From NCBI GenBank assembly GCA_963667015.2, contig CAXXJJ010000004.1, positions 448,001-512,000 on the forward strand: 64,000 nucleotides of DNA, in the 5' to 3' direction. Below the pieces are notes generated by a model. The model was not told where the DNA came from. It saw nothing but the letters and a program-made list of their open reading frames with translations, and made no database searches. Source of the stretch: Desulfatiglandales bacterium. GTDB lineage: Bacteria; Desulfobacterota; DSM-4660; Desulfatiglandales; HGW-15. Positions 63,478 through 64,000 of the stretch are shown here, piece by piece (position 1 is the stretch's first letter; every line of letters starts with the position of its first letter). A program made the position numbers and the translations under genes.

Positions 63478-63506
63478 AGTATATGGACCATAGTTTAGTA
63501 TGTCAA
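63478..63506 (-). promoter_or_regulatory. Near-consensus sigma70 promoter for the CE15 cluster
   Basis: TTGACA (63501-63506), 17-bp spacer, TATACT (63478-63483). Confidence 0.7.
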
Positions 63507-63726
63507 TATACTTTTCTTTTCCCTTTAACGTCTTTTCACTATTGTGCAGAGGATCGGCCATAAAAGAATAAATATTAACAGGAAGAGGCTATAAATAAAT
63601 CATGAGTACAGAGATTTATTTATAGCCCCATTCCAGATAATGAACTGCCCCGCCGCAAGCAGCGGGGCAGTATACATTACGCTTTGTAATAAAAACCGGG
63701 TGATTTATACTATTTATCGACTCACC

Positions 63727-64000
63727 TTAAGGAATCTTCTTTTTTTCATAGGTCCACCCTTTACGTGTGCATAAACCGCAGTCCGAACCAGTGAACATCT
63801 TTCCGCTATTTTTGTCACCTTCCAACTGCCATTTCAGCCATGCTGTGGCAACCACTCCAAACTCGCCGCCATTCGGTTGACTGTAGGTGCCTCCATGCCC
63901 CACTTTTTCGAGATTGGCTATGGCCACAGGGACTTTGTCGATCTTTGCGTAATCATCGATTGCCTGCGGGTATGCGATATCTGTCTCTCCACCGATGATA
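63727..64000 (-). CDS. Alpha/beta hydrolase (esterase-like), C-terminal part; 5' end outside the window
   Basis: IIGGETDIAY ... VGHGGTY ... AWLKWQL (Asp/His catalytic-loop pattern). Confidence 0.7.
   Translation of the reverse strand, partial: IIGGETDIAYPQAIDDYAKIDKVPVAIANLEKVGHGGTYSQPNGGEFGVVATAWLKWQLEGDKNSGKMFTGSDCGLCTRKGWTYEKKKIP

Noticed and set aside
1..64000. CRISPR array, rRNA or prophage
   Set aside because: No regularly spaced direct repeats, rRNA-like sequence or phage structural genes seen

Overview
AT-rich bacterial chromosome segment. The gene content (rnfCDGEAB; PHP-nadK-DUF4911-miaB-GGDEF; ParB-like/SplB-like/NifU) suggests an anaerobic deltaproteobacterium (Desulfobacterota-like); this is inference. 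From left to right it contains: a partial beta-propeller/Y_Y_Y hybrid histidine kinase; an intact IS1380-family element (13-bp TIRs, 5-bp TSD) inserted in the last codons of a GH8 glycosidase gene; an argJ/racemase cluster with one frameshifted racemase; and a small TA/defence patch (YefM-YoeB-type pair, orphan HicB with a hicA remnant, AbiJ-like HEPN protein). Next come tRNA-Val(GAC) with an unusual C33, a Tat-exported aldo/keto reductase, an Rnf operon, gldA, a TPAT-type TRAP transporter, and a 29-aa bS22/AURKAIP1-like gene missed by the ORF track. Further right are MTA/purine salvage genes (the NCS2 permease apparently starts at ATA), PBP1A, a candidate structured ncRNA at about 51.6-51.9 kb and two GH57 genes. 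The window ends in a GC-richer cluster of secreted esterases including a CE15 glucuronoyl esterase. All calls come from reading motifs by eye; no searches were run.
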